Part shown: one piece after another, positions 28,375 to 38,551 of the stretch
Layout of the letters: each line of letters begins with the position of its first letter
How positions within the stretch are numbered: position 1 is the stretch's first letter
DNA from: an uncultured Eubacteriales bacterium
GTDB taxonomy: Bacteria > Bacillota > Clostridia > Oscillospirales > Oscillospiraceae
NCBI GenBank assembly: GCA_958402445.1
Contig: CATXTO010000003.1
Coordinates: 81,569 to 145,568 of the forward strand
Direction: 5' to 3'
Length of the DNA: 64,000 nt
Notes under the pieces: model-generated
The model's database searches: none
Seen by the model: the letters and a program-made list of their open reading frames with translations, nothing else
Told to the model about the DNA's origin: nothing
Translations under genes and position numbers: made by a program

Positions 28375-29214
28375 ATGTCTCTTGGCGATAAACTGAAGCA
28401 GGCCCGGGAAGCGGCCGGGCTATCCCAAAAACAGCTTTGCGGCGATCAAATTACGCGGAACATGCTTTCACAGCTTGAGCATGGGACGGCAAATCCCTCC
28501 ATGGAGACCCTGACATACTTGGCAGCGCGGCTGAACCGCCCGGTAAGCTATTTCTTAGAGGAGGCCGCAATCAGCTCTCCTAATCTCACGATTTTGGCCC
28601 GGGCGAAGGCGCAATTTGCGGCAGGGCACTGGGAGGAGGCTAGGCAGAGCCTGGAGGATTACGCGGCCGGCGACCCGATTTTTGATGACGAATACTATTT
28701 GCTGGCCGCCAGGCTCTGCCTGCTGACGGCGGAGCGCGCCGCGTCACAGGGGCGCGGGCCCTACGCCAAAACGCTGGCGGAGCGGGCGCTTGCCTGGGAT
28801 GCCAAGAGCTGCTATACCAGCCAGGCGCTTCGCAGCCGGGGGCTGCGCCTGCTGGCGGAACTGGCGCAAACGCCGGAGCAGTTCCTCCAAACCGCCCAGG
28901 CTTGGGAAGAGACGCTGTCCTGGGAACGGGACCGGCTTTTATTATCCCGCCTGGCTCTGGCCAGGGGGCAGACGGAAGCGGCGCTGCGGCTGCTGCAGGA
29001 GCTGCCAGATGCGGAGCTGCTGCGGGGAGAGATCCTGCTTGCCGCGGGCTCCTATGAACAGGCGGCCGAGCAGCTTCGGCTGGCGGAGACGGCTGCGGAG
29101 CGGGCCGGCGATCAAAAGATTTTGCAGTCGCTTTGGCCGAAGCTGGAGATCTGTTATCGGGAGCTGGGCAACTTTGAGCTGGCCTACGCGTATGCCGTTC
29201 GAACCCGAAAATAA
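28375..29214 (+). CDS. Xre-HTH regulator with TPR-like C-terminal domain
   Basis: LGDKLKQARE..GLSQKQL..ITRNMLSQLEHG..NPS, then helical repeats ending CYRELGNFELAY. Confidence 0.88.
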   Translation: MSLGDKLKQAREAAGLSQKQLCGDQITRNMLSQLEHGTANPSMETLTYLAARLNRPVSYFLEEAAISSPNLTILARAKAQFAAGHWEEARQSLEDYAAGDPIFDDEYYLLAARLCLLTAERAASQGRGPYAKTLAERALAWDAKSCYTSQALRSRGLRLLAELAQTPEQFLQTAQAWEETLSWERDRLLLSRLALARGQTEAALRLLQELPDAELLRGEILLAAGSYEQAAEQLRLAETAAERAGDQKILQSLWPKLEICYRELGNFELAYAYAVRTRK

Positions 29215-29266
29215 AAGGCTTTCCGCACCCCAAGCAGATGCTGTAGGGTGCGGGAAGCCTTTTATT
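29210..29266. terminator. Bidirectional terminator
   Basis: AATAAAAGGCTTTCCGCACCC/GGGTGCGGGAAGCCTTTTATT between convergent genes. Confidence 0.75.
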
Positions 29267-29789
29267 TCCGCGCCGGTGTGGGGGAACACGAGGAAATGAG
29301 AGCCATTGCCGTTTGAATTTGACGGTTTGGATAGGTACGGCGTCCAAATATTTCATAGAGAGAGCAGGCCTTGTCCACCAGACACACGAGGATGCTCTCT
29401 TTGTACCGGGGCGGGATGGGAGTCAAGGGGAACATGTGCCGCAAAATGATGTTTCGCTCGACTGCGGTCAACGGAATATCCCGCTCCGCGTTGGCCAGAG
29501 CCCGCGCCGCATGGTGGAACCCGTGGAGGCGGTGGCTGGGGTCGGGGTCGTGCCAGTCATACAAAAAATAATCATGGAGCAGTGCCCCGCGGATCAATTC
29601 CGCTCGGCGGAACCCCAGGGCAGAGAGCGCCCGGGCGATTCGGCTGCAATAGTAGGCCACGGCCACGCTGTGCAGAAGGCAGACGGTGGTGCCATGCTGC
29701 GGAAAGGCCTGCTCGGCGCGCAGCTGGGATTGCAGCGAAGTCTGGCGGACAAGGAAAAAGAATTCTGAAAGATCTGAATGGGAAACCAT
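29262..29789 (-). CDS. HD-domain phosphohydrolase
   Basis: QHG...HS...LLHDYFLYDWH...HGFHH...HMFP...DK. Confidence 0.88.
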   Translation of the reverse strand: MVSHSDLSEFFFLVRQTSLQSQLRAEQAFPQHGTTVCLLHSVAVAYYCSRIARALSALGFRRAELIRGALLHDYFLYDWHDPDPSHRLHGFHHAARALANAERDIPLTAVERNIILRHMFPLTPIPPRYKESILVCLVDKACSLYEIFGRRTYPNRQIQTAMALISSCSPTPARK

Positions 29790-29840
29790 ACTAACCTCCC
29801 TTGAAACTGTGGCTAAATCGCCTGCCGCGAAGTCCCGGAC

Positions 29841-30572
29841 TTAGCCATTTTGCTGCTGCTTGGGCTGGGGCTTGACGGCGGGATGCGCGGTCTGGTGGCG
29901 TTTGGTGTAACGATTGTACAAGAACCAACCGCCCAGGCTAATCAGCAGGGTTCCCGCAAAGACGAAGACGGCAAATTTATAATTTTGAACGCCCAGGGCG
30001 CTGCCGCCCACGGTGGAGGTCACAATGGAGGGAATACGGGCAATGGTGCTAATCAGCGCCCATTCGGAAAACTTCAGCTTGGTCAGCCCCATGAAATAGC
30101 TGATCAGGTCCTTTGGAGTACCAGGCAGAAACATGAGGAAAAAGGCGATGGGCTTGAGTTTTTTGCTGTCCTGCATGAACCGCAGAGACTCAATTTTTTC
30201 CCGGGAGAAGAAAAGCTCCACCACCTTCATACCCCATTTGCGTACCAGGAGGAAAACCAGGAGTCCGCCTATGGTAGAGCCCGCCAGGCACAAAAGGGTT
30301 CCTTCCCAGGCGCCGAAGGCGTAGCCTGCGCCGATTTCCAGCGGCTCGCCGGGGATCAGGGCAATGATCACCTGCAGAATCACCATTCCCACAAATAGGA
30401 GCTGCCCCCAGGCACCCTTCCCATCCACCCAGGCCCGGAACGCCTCCGGATTGGAGGCGAGCTGGACCATGGGTCGCCCCACAAAATAGCCCACGGCGCC
30501 GGTGAGGGCCAAAACAAAAATCAGAATACCCGCTAAAATCCATTTCTTTTTCCGTTTTGTCATATGCACCAC
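29841..30572 (-). CDS. TVP38/TMEM64 (VTT/DedA-like) membrane protein
   Basis: LQVIIALIPGE...GYAFG...PGTPKDLISY. Confidence 0.9.
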   Translation of the reverse strand: MVHMTKRKKKWILAGILIFVLALTGAVGYFVGRPMVQLASNPEAFRAWVDGKGAWGQLLFVGMVILQVIIALIPGEPLEIGAGYAFGAWEGTLLCLAGSTIGGLLVFLLVRKWGMKVVELFFSREKIESLRFMQDSKKLKPIAFFLMFLPGTPKDLISYFMGLTKLKFSEWALISTIARIPSIVTSTVGGSALGVQNYKFAVFVFAGTLLISLGGWFLYNRYTKRHQTAHPAVKPQPKQQQNG

Positions 30573-30601
30573 AATTCCTTTTTAGGCGGTTTGTACCCGC
30601 C

Positions 30602-32575
30602 TTATGCCGTGGGCTGCTGCGCATCCTTGGACGGAGGCAGGACATCGAACAGCAACACCGCTTTGAACAGATCCCCATCAATGACCAGATTCAGGCGGCC
30701 CTTTTGCAGCTCCGTCAGCGTCTTGGCAATGTTGAGCCCCAGGCCGCTGCCCTCGGTGTTCCGGGCCTTATCCCCCCGGACAAAGCGCTCCATCAGCTCC
30801 TCCGGAGGCAGATTCAAGCGTTCACGGGAGACGTTCTTCAGGGAAATCATAACCTTTTTCTCGTATTTTACTACATCAATGTAGACTCGGGTGTCGGGCT
30901 GGGCGTATTTAATGATGTTGCCCAAAAGATTGTCCATGACCCGCCAGAAGAGCCTTCCGTCGGAGAGCACGGGAATTTCCTCAGCGCCCACGGTGCAAAC
31001 GGCGGTGAGACGGGCCTTATTCAGCTTGGTTTCGTACTCCGCCAGCGCCTGATTGACCAGCTCGACCACATTGGTGGGGACCAGATCCACAGGAATGTTG
31101 CCTGTGGTGGCCTTGGACATCTCCACCAGGTCTTCAATAAGCTTTTTCAACCGCTGGGATTGCCGGGCTAGCACCTCCAGATAGACCTCGCTCTGCTCCG
31201 GTGTGTGAGGCTTTTGCAGCAGGTCTACGTAGTTGATGATGGAGGTCAAGGGCGTTTTAATATCATGGGAGACGTTGGTGATCAGCTCCGTCTTCATGCG
31301 CTCGGATTTTAGTTGCTGGTCCACCGCCAAATTCACCCCCTGTCCCAGGGCGCTGAGGTTTTCCCCCATTTCCCGGTAGGCCCCGTGAAGCCGGCTGATG
31401 TCCAGCTTCTCCTGCAGTTTTCCCGACGCCATCCGGGAGGCGGCAGTACGCAGCTTCCCGAAGGACCAGGCGGAATAGCAAATCAGGGCGGCGCCGATGA
31501 GACTCACCAGAAGAAAGGGCGTGGAATTGCCGTAGGGGTTCCGGGTAAACAGCACCAAAAGCCACAGAACCAAACCGATGACCAACCACCGCCAGATGAT
31601 GGGCAGCATCCGGTACAAAGAGCGGATCCCCCGGCCCAGCCATTTTAGGGCCCGCAGGAGCAGCAGAGCCGCTCCGCCCAGAATTGAATGGCGCCACCAG
31701 TAGCCATGGCCGTATTTGCAGCGGGTGGCCAGGCTCATCAGAAAGCCCGTGATCAGCATGCCGGCCAAGGCCAGGCAGCAGGGAGCCAAAACCACGCTGA
31801 CCCAGGTGTCGGACCAGTAGGTGGAGTCGTAGAAGAGCTGCCAGAGCCCGCCTATACCAAGGACCGCGGCAGTGAGGTACAGGTCGGTGGGAATGCGGTC
31901 CAGAAGGTTCAATACGATCTCGTCCCGCCCGGGACGGTGCCCGGCGGCGCTGAGGAGATAGACCAGCAGGCAGATGAGGGCCACCAGGCAGACCACGGCC
32001 AGAACGATAGCGGTATATCGGTAGGAATAAAGGTCTCGTACCAGCTTGACCTGCCAGAAAAATTCGTCCTCGTATTCCAGGTTTTGCAGCACATAGCCCG
32101 TTACGCGATAGGTTCCGCCGGATCTCCACACCAGGTCTCCCCGGACCAGCTCCATATACTCGCTGGCCTCCTCGCTGACGGAAGTGGCCAAAACCGGCTC
32201 CTGGTTGTAGTTGCCCTTTAACAGATTTCCGGCTTCATCCCGGATTTCATAGCGGTAATTACTTTGCCCGGTATAGGCCTGGGGATACAGATGATTGGCA
32301 CCATCATAGTTGTAAAAGCCCCAGCCGCGCTCCAGCAACTCCTGGGACGTGCTGGCCAGGGTCTCCTGTGCATAGGCGTTTGCAATATCGTCACCAAGGG
32401 ACACAACCCGGCTGTACAGTTCCTCGTCCAGAATGGCGTCGGCGCTTTGGGTGTAGAAGCCCTGGCTGGCCATATAGCAGACGCCGACGACATTGGCCAC
32501 AGTGCCGACGAGCGTGAAGAGCAGCAGCAGAAAGCAAACTGTCTTTACCGCGAGATTGTAGGATTTTCGGTTCAA
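30602..32575 (-). CDS. Membrane sensor histidine kinase
   Basis: H-box NVSHDIKTPLTSI, N-box DNLLGNIIKY, GSGLGL; multi-TM N-terminus. Confidence 0.95.
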   Translation of the reverse strand: MNRKSYNLAVKTVCFLLLLFTLVGTVANVVGVCYMASQGFYTQSADAILDEELYSRVVSLGDDIANAYAQETLASTSQELLERGWGFYNYDGANHLYPQAYTGQSNYRYEIRDEAGNLLKGNYNQEPVLATSVSEEASEYMELVRGDLVWRSGGTYRVTGYVLQNLEYEDEFFWQVKLVRDLYSYRYTAIVLAVVCLVALICLLVYLLSAAGHRPGRDEIVLNLLDRIPTDLYLTAAVLGIGGLWQLFYDSTYWSDTWVSVVLAPCCLALAGMLITGFLMSLATRCKYGHGYWWRHSILGGAALLLLRALKWLGRGIRSLYRMLPIIWRWLVIGLVLWLLVLFTRNPYGNSTPFLLVSLIGAALICYSAWSFGKLRTAASRMASGKLQEKLDISRLHGAYREMGENLSALGQGVNLAVDQQLKSERMKTELITNVSHDIKTPLTSIINYVDLLQKPHTPEQSEVYLEVLARQSQRLKKLIEDLVEMSKATTGNIPVDLVPTNVVELVNQALAEYETKLNKARLTAVCTVGAEEIPVLSDGRLFWRVMDNLLGNIIKYAQPDTRVYIDVVKYEKKVMISLKNVSRERLNLPPEELMERFVRGDKARNTEGSGLGLNIAKTLTELQKGRLNLVIDGDLFKAVLLFDVLPPSKDAQQPTA

Positions 32576-33273
32576 CGCGCCTTCTCCCCTTCCATTTTAT
32601 AGCCCTGGCCCCAAACAACCTTTAGGTATCTGGGGTCGGAGGGATTGATCTCAATTTTTTCCCGGAGATGCCGGATGTGAACGGCCACGGCCCCCTCGCT
32701 GCCCAGAGGCGCCTCGTTCCACACCGCTTCGTAGATGGCCCGGGAGGAGTAGACCCGCCCTGGACTGGACATGAGCAAATGCAGAATGCTAAATTCAATG
32801 GGCGTCAGGTTCACAGGCTCCCCGTCCACCATCACGGTCTTCGCATCGTTGTCCAGAGAGACGCCGCCGATGACCAGCTGGCTGGGCGCCGCCGGCGCTT
32901 TTCCGCCCAGCATGGTATAGCGCCGGAGCTGGGAGCGGACCCGGGCCAATACCTCCACCGGCACAAAGGGCTTGGTGATATAATCGTCCGCGCCGATGTT
33001 CAGCCCTAGGACCTTGTCCTCGTTTTCGCTTTTGGCCGTGAGTAAAATAATCGGGGCGTTGGAAAAAGCCCGGATTTTGGCGGTAGCCGTAATACCATCC
33101 ATTTCCGGCATCATGATGTCCATGAGAATCAGATGCATTTCCTGGGTGCGGAGCAGGTCGATGGCCTGCTGTCCGGTGTATGCCTCAAATAAGCGGTAGC
33201 CTTCCGCAGACAGATAAATTTTCAGGGCGTTGACAATGTCCTTTTGATCGTCGCAGATCAGGATGTTATACAT
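32572..33273 (-). CDS. OmpR-family response regulator
   Basis: ICDD, LMDIMMP, GADDYITKPF, winged helix VAVHIRHLREKIE...VWGQGY. Confidence 0.96.
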   Translation of the reverse strand: MYNILICDDQKDIVNALKIYLSAEGYRLFEAYTGQQAIDLLRTQEMHLILMDIMMPEMDGITATAKIRAFSNAPIILLTAKSENEDKVLGLNIGADDYITKPFVPVEVLARVRSQLRRYTMLGGKAPAAPSQLVIGGVSLDNDAKTVMVDGEPVNLTPIEFSILHLLMSSPGRVYSSRAIYEAVWNEAPLGSEGAVAVHIRHLREKIEINPSDPRYLKVVWGQGYKMEGEKAR

Positions 33274-33454
33274 ACGCTCACCTCTCGTATTTCATTATAA
33301 CGGGGGAAGATTTAAGAATAAAGGGGACGATTCTTTAAGGATTGTTTAATTTAAGCCTGTGCGGAACGCCCCAAAACAGTATGGATGCGCATTTTATGGA
33401 AAGAGAATAAAATCGGCGTGTTTTGCAATCCGCAAAACACGCCGCTGGAACTGA

Positions 33455-34117
33455 TCAGTTTGTCCGGAGCGGACAGCAGCACCACTGGGCGCTCCAGCAA
33501 AAGCAAAGGGGCAGGCAAAAATTGGACAGGTTCCCACGGTAGCCCCGAAAATTCCCGGCCTGCTGCTGGTAGACGGTGCCGCCGCTTTCCAAGGCGGACA
33601 AGACCTGCTGGTATTCCAGATTATCCGGTTCCATAGACACGGCCCGCCGGATATGCTCCAAAGCCGTGACTTGGTTGCCCAGGCCGTCGTTGGCCAGGGC
33701 GCTGAGATAATACCAGCTTGCAGTTCGCTGCCCGGCGCTCACTCCGGACAGAGCGTTCAGTGCCTCCTGAAACCGCCCGTATTGGATGTAGCGGTAAGCG
33801 GCCGTCTCTTCCGGGGACCGGAATCTGGCGTTCTCCTGGGCTTGCCGCCGCCACTGGCCGAATATGTCCCCAAATGGGTCGCCGGTATTTGGACCGCCCC
33901 CATACGAGCCGCCCTGATAAGGGTTCTCGGTTTGCTTGGACGGGTCCTTGATTTGCTCGTAGGCCGCGTTGATTTCCTGCATTTTCCGGGCGGCCTCAGC
34001 GTTGCCGGGGTTGGCGTCCGGGTGATATTTCTTGGCAAGCTTCCGGTAGGCCCGTTTGACCTCCTCGTCGGAGGCGCCGCGTTCCAGTCCCAGGACCTTG
34101 TAGGGGTCTTCCATCAT
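33455..34117 (-). CDS. J-domain protein with TPR-like region and Cys-rich tail
   Basis: DPYKVLGL...KKYHPD; ATGA coupling to the upstream gene; C-terminal [15 protein letters not shown]. Confidence 0.9.
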   Translation of the reverse strand: MMEDPYKVLGLERGASDEEVKRAYRKLAKKYHPDANPGNAEAARKMQEINAAYEQIKDPSKQTENPYQGGSYGGGPNTGDPFGDIFGQWRRQAQENARFRSPEETAAYRYIQYGRFQEALNALSGVSAGQRTASWYYLSALANDGLGNQVTALEHIRRAVSMEPDNLEYQQVLSALESGGTVYQQQAGNFRGYRGNLSNFCLPLCFCWSAQWCCCPLRTN

Positions 34118-34944
34118 GTTGGGTCCTCCTGCGCCTTTTTCTGTTTCTTTCGGTATGGTATCCAAACGCCACTGTAGAGAATTTTATCCAGCAGCGGCTT
34201 GTCCTGCACCAGGGGAAGCATCTCGTAGGCCTGGGTGCACTTGGCCATGGCAAGCACCAGGTATTGCTCCCAGCGAGCGGGGTCCGCATGCTCGTCCATA
34301 GCCGCCAGGGGATTGTAGGCGCCTTGCCGCAGGTCCTTGGGATAATCTACCACGGCGTCCATCAAATAGATAAACCGGCCCAGCGCCATAGCCATCTGGG
34401 ACAGATATTGGGACCACTGGTCCTGCCGATAGAGGAATAACTGCTGCATGAGCCTGCCGAAGCAGTTGGCCGGCAGGTCCGGATTGCCGCAGTGAGATTG
34501 CTCCAGTAGATTGAGGGCGGCGATTTCGTCGGCAATGGCATTGCACTGTCGGGGATAGCGGGCGGACACGGCGGGGCAGTGCCGCCGCAGCAGGGCCCGC
34601 TGAGCCAAAGCGTCCAGCCGCTTACTGTCCCGCCAGTGGTCGTCAGCGTTGTAATAGGCCAGGGCTACGTTCATATCCGCGGCATAGGAAATGAGATCGC
34701 TCTGGAGCCAGGACTGCTTCCGCAAGGGATGCAGCGCGCATTTCCTGGTTTGCAGACGCTCCTCCGGCTCATATAGGGAGGACAGCAGCAGGGCCAGAAA
34801 GACCATGTCGTAACTCAGGGCAAGGCGGCAGGCGTTGGAGGCATTTTTCTGAATGGCGCGGCAGATGCCGCAATAGCACCCGGCGTACCGCGCTCGCTCC
34901 GCCTGGGTCAGTTCCTCCGAATCGGCCATGACATATCCAAACAA
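34114..34944 (-). CDS. DUF5685-family protein
   Basis: MFGYV...YCGICRAI...[12 protein letters not shown]...CALHP...GRFIYLMDA. Confidence 0.88.
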   Translation of the reverse strand: MFGYVMADSEELTQAERARYAGCYCGICRAIQKNASNACRLALSYDMVFLALLLSSLYEPEERLQTRKCALHPLRKQSWLQSDLISYAADMNVALAYYNADDHWRDSKRLDALAQRALLRRHCPAVSARYPRQCNAIADEIAALNLLEQSHCGNPDLPANCFGRLMQQLFLYRQDQWSQYLSQMAMALGRFIYLMDAVVDYPKDLRQGAYNPLAAMDEHADPARWEQYLVLAMAKCTQAYEMLPLVQDKPLLDKILYSGVWIPYRKKQKKAQEDPT

Positions 34945-35063
34945 TAGGCCCAGCCTCCCACCAAGTTTTTCTTATTCTACCATGCATTCGCCCGTTTGTG
35001 AACATCGTTTCAAGGAATTTTTCAAAATATGAGGATTTATCCTGACTTCATCAATGTCGTAGC

Positions 35064-35957
35064 CTACCCTCTAGAGCCGGGCGTTCGGCTGTCTTTGGCC
35101 GGGAGCTTTTTTTCCCGGCGCAGCTGATAACCCACGTCGGTCAGGTATTTGTTGAGCGCGCCGCCGTAAAAGACAATGGACATACAGGTGTAAAGCCAAA
35201 GCATGCTGATGGCGATTGCGGACAGACTGCCGTAGACTGTGGAGTAGTTGCCAAAGTGTTCCACATAAATGGAAAACAGATCGGAGAAAATCAGCCAACC
35301 CAGGGATGCCAGCAGCGCGCCGGGTACGGAGGCCCAGAACGAATTCCTGCGGTTGGGCAGAAACATAAACATGGCGGTAAACAGGGCGGTCTGGGCGAGC
35401 AGTAAAATCAAGAATCGAATGGGGAGGATATCGGTCAAAAATACAATCAGCGGGTTGTCGCTCTGGGGGAGCCGGGCCCAGAGCGTCTGGCCGAATACGT
35501 GCAAGGACAAAGTCAGAAGCAGCACCAGCAAAAACAGAAAGGTATAGACCAAGCTCAGCAGCCGGGTGAAGACATAGCCCCGGTCCTCCTTGACCCCATA
35601 GACCCGGTTGAGTCCTGTGAGCATACCATGGATGCCGCGGGAAGCGGACCAGAGGGCGGCCAGGGCGGAGACGGATACCAGAGTTTTGGAGCTACTGGCA
35701 AACATATTGTTGATCAGGCGGGTCAGGGAGGGCATGAGTGCCGATGGAATCACGTTTTCCAGTATTTCCAGCAAGTCGCCGCTGCCCAGAGAGGTATAGC
35801 TCAGCAGGTTTAGAAGCAGCATAGCGGTAGGAAATGCGGATAGAACCATAAAGTAAGAGGCGTTTGCCGCGAAGATCGGCACATCCAGGCTGGTGAGGCT
35901 GTGAATCATATCGAGAAGTCTGGAGAGCCTGCGGCCAAAGGTTTTCTGGTGCTTCAT
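35064..35957 (-). CDS. YihY/virulence factor BrkB-family membrane protein
   Basis: AANASYFMVLSAFP, WSASRG...LNRVY, YSTVYGSL...WLY. Confidence 0.92.
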   Translation of the reverse strand: MKHQKTFGRRLSRLLDMIHSLTSLDVPIFAANASYFMVLSAFPTAMLLLNLLSYTSLGSGDLLEILENVIPSALMPSLTRLINNMFASSSKTLVSVSALAALWSASRGIHGMLTGLNRVYGVKEDRGYVFTRLLSLVYTFLFLLVLLLTLSLHVFGQTLWARLPQSDNPLIVFLTDILPIRFLILLLAQTALFTAMFMFLPNRRNSFWASVPGALLASLGWLIFSDLFSIYVEHFGNYSTVYGSLSAIAISMLWLYTCMSIVFYGGALNKYLTDVGYQLRREKKLPAKDSRTPGSRG

Positions 35958-36148
35958 GTACTTCCCCCTATCTGCCGGCCCCATCCGGCCTGCCGGTGCT
36001 TGCATTTTTCTGACAAATCCGATATACTGAAAAGGCAGAAAGCCGCCCCCTTTGTCGAAACGAGGCCGGGGGCAGGTGGCATTTCTTTTTCATTTGTGTA
36101 ATAGTAGCATTATTATACTGAGAATATTGGAAAAATGGAAGTGTTTTT

Positions 36149-37075
36149 TTGGAAATTTCCGTTAGTACTTCTATTGCGGGGCTACTGCGGGCCGTAGATT
36201 TGCAGGAGGCGTTGGAAACGGCGGCGGAGGCCGGGTTTCGGCTGCTGGATTTTCCGCTGAGCGTTTTCAGCCGCGCGCCGGATTCCCCGCTGCGGCAGCC
36301 GGACTGGCTGCGCTGGGCGGAGAATGTAAAAAAGACGTTGACGGGTATGGGCCTTCGCGTAACCCAGGCTCACGCCGCCTGGGACCAAGCGATTCCCCTG
36401 GATTTGTACGAGGCGCCGCCAGACCCGCTTTACCCCAGGACCATCGCCGCGTGCCGCGCCCTGGGCTGCGAGAAACTGGTATTTCATCCCCCGCTGTATT
36501 TTTTCCCGACGGAGGATCGGGCGGGCCGGCAGCGGGTGATACAGTGGAATATCCGCTGGTTCAGGGCCCTGCTGCCGGACCTGGAGCGGTATCGGGTTAC
36601 TGCGGAGCTGGAAAATCTGTTTGACTACCGGCGGGTCCAGCCGGCAGGGGGGCCGCCGTTCCCCTTTACCACCCAGGAGGATATGATGGAGCTCTGCGAC
36701 GGCGTGAACAGCCCTTGGGTCCGCCTTTGCCTGGATACGGGGCACGGAAACATCGCGGGCCAGGATGTTCCGGGCATGGTCCGGGCCTATGGAAGCCGGC
36801 TGCAAGTGCTGCATCTCAATGACAATTATGGGAAAATCGGTCCCATTTATGAGGACCTGCATTTGTTCCCCGGCTATGGTGCCTTGGACTGGGGAGAGAT
36901 TTTCCGGGCGCTGCGGGAAACCGGCTTTTCCGGCGTTTTCAATTTGGAGCCTGTGAGCGCGCTGCCGGGACAAAGCCGCCCGGTGCGGGTGTTGCAGCTG
37001 CGAGCGGCCCGGGAAATCGCACTGCAGCTGGCGGAAGCGGCTGGCTTTTTGGGCGCCGATTCTGAGCATAAGTAA
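36149..37075 (+). CDS. Sugar phosphate isomerase/epimerase (AP-endonuclease-2 TIM barrel)
   Basis: ELEN, CLDTGH, LHLNDN, DLHLFPG.G..DW, LE motifs. Confidence 0.88.
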   Translation: MEISVSTSIAGLLRAVDLQEALETAAEAGFRLLDFPLSVFSRAPDSPLRQPDWLRWAENVKKTLTGMGLRVTQAHAAWDQAIPLDLYEAPPDPLYPRTIAACRALGCEKLVFHPPLYFFPTEDRAGRQRVIQWNIRWFRALLPDLERYRVTAELENLFDYRRVQPAGGPPFPFTTQEDMMELCDGVNSPWVRLCLDTGHGNIAGQDVPGMVRAYGSRLQVLHLNDNYGKIGPIYEDLHLFPGYGALDWGEIFRALRETGFSGVFNLEPVSALPGQSRPVRVLQLRAAREIALQLAEAAGFLGADSEHK

Positions 37076-37112
37076 TAAGTCGATAATTTGGATTTAAAAG
37101 GGGGTTGTGAGC

Positions 37113-37577
37113 ATGAAACACACCTGTGTGGTTTTGTCCGTAACGGACATCAAGGCTGCGAGAGGGTTTTATGAGGATTTATTTGGTCTGGAATTGTATC
37201 AGGATTATGGCATCAACATCTCGTTTACCTGCGGCTTGTCCTTGCAACAAAACTTTGCCTGGCTCGTCAATCTGCCAAAGGACAAGGTGCTGCACCATGC
37301 GAACAACATGGAAATCTGCTTCGAGGAAGCGGATTTCGACGGCTTTTTAAAAAAGTTGAAAAAATATCCTGATCTTGTGTATTTGAGCGGCGTCACGGAA
37401 CACGACTGGGGACAGCGCGTTGTGCGGTTTTATGATCCGGACGGGCATATCATCGAGGTTGGGGAAGATATGAAGATGGTCATTCATCGATTCCTTGCTT
37501 CGGGCATGACGATGGAAGAAATCTCGGTGAAAATGGATGCTTCTGTGGAAGATTTAACAAAGCTTCTTCACAATTAG
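37113..37577 (+). CDS. VOC/glyoxalase-family protein
   Basis: VTDIKAARGFYEDLFGL; WGQRVVRFYDPDGHIIEV. Confidence 0.92.
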   Translation: MKHTCVVLSVTDIKAARGFYEDLFGLELYQDYGINISFTCGLSLQQNFAWLVNLPKDKVLHHANNMEICFEEADFDGFLKKLKKYPDLVYLSGVTEHDWGQRVVRFYDPDGHIIEVGEDMKMVIHRFLASGMTMEEISVKMDASVEDLTKLLHN

Positions 37578-37591
37578 ATTTGGGGGCTACG

Positions 37592-38005
37592 ATGTACGAA
37601 AGGATGCGGAACAAGCAGAAGGAGCCGCCCCTTGGGGAGATGACGGCCTACTGTGGAGAGAACGGGGAACGCTTTGCCTTGCTGAACAAATGGCTCGTAG
37701 AAACCTATGGAACGGTACAGAAAATTGCGTTTCCCTATGGCAATCAATATGGCTGGGGGATTGCACATCGAAAAAGGCAAAAGCTTGTTTGCAACGTATT
37801 TGCGGAAGACAACGCTTTTTCGGTGATGGTTCGGCTAACCAACGTGCAGTTTGCATCGCTCTATGAGCAGGTACAGAGCTATACACGGGATTATATCGAT
37901 CAAAAGTTCCCCTGCGGCGACGGCGGATGGATTCCATATCGCGTTACTTGTCAGGTGCATTTAGAGGATATCCAAAAAATATTATCCGTAAAATGCACCA
38001 AATAG
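37592..38005 (+). CDS. DUF3788-like hypothetical protein
   Basis: FPYGNQYGWG...DGGW pattern; GGGGG RBS. Confidence 0.75.
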   Translation: MYERMRNKQKEPPLGEMTAYCGENGERFALLNKWLVETYGTVQKIAFPYGNQYGWGIAHRKRQKLVCNVFAEDNAFSVMVRLTNVQFASLYEQVQSYTRDYIDQKFPCGDGGWIPYRVTCQVHLEDIQKILSVKCTK

Positions 38006-38034
38006 ATGCCCGGCCGGCTTTCTTGGGCGAGATA

Positions 38035-38065
38035 AAAAGCGGGACAGCCCAGCTGTCCCGCTTTT
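38035..38065. terminator. Bidirectional terminator
   Basis: AAAAGCGGGACAGC/GCTGTCCCGCTTTT. Confidence 0.8.
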
Positions 38066-38074
38066 CTGGCGTCC

Positions 38075-38242
38075 TTACTTTTTGCGGAAGGACATGCAAT
38101 CGGTGCACTGATCCATGGTGGGATTACTCTCATGGGTGCCGACCAGAATCTTTTCCAGAGCGCAGTAGTTGGCTTCGCTGCAGTGGTTGGCGCAAGAGGT
38201 CACCGTGCACTCAATGGCTTTGTTGGCTTGGCAGTTGTTCAT
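38075..38242 (-). CDS. DUF1540-family small Cys-rich protein
   Basis: IECTVTSCANHC...YCAL..I.VG...TDCMSF; AGGAGG RBS. Confidence 0.88.
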   Translation of the reverse strand: MNNCQANKAIECTVTSCANHCSEANYCALEKILVGTHESNPTMDQCTDCMSFRKK

Positions 38243-38551
38243 CAATGACAGCCTCCTTTGTTTTTGGGGTTCAGGCATAGTATATCCGGCTGGAGGCGGT
38301 TCATTCTGCAAAACCCTGGGGAATATGACAGAATTTGCCAGGAAAAAGCGGCTGAGGTTTGCTTTTCCCTGGCAAATGTGGTAAAATTTTAAGGGCAACC
38401 GGGGCTGCCGTAGCAGCCCCTATATCCAGCGGGCCCCACAGCGCCTGCATCGGCGTTTGGAAGCGAAAGCTGCGGTGATCCCGCACATTCACTAGTATGC
38501 CCCAGATTTCGTTTGGGTGCATGGTAAATTGATACAAACGGAGGTTTTTCT

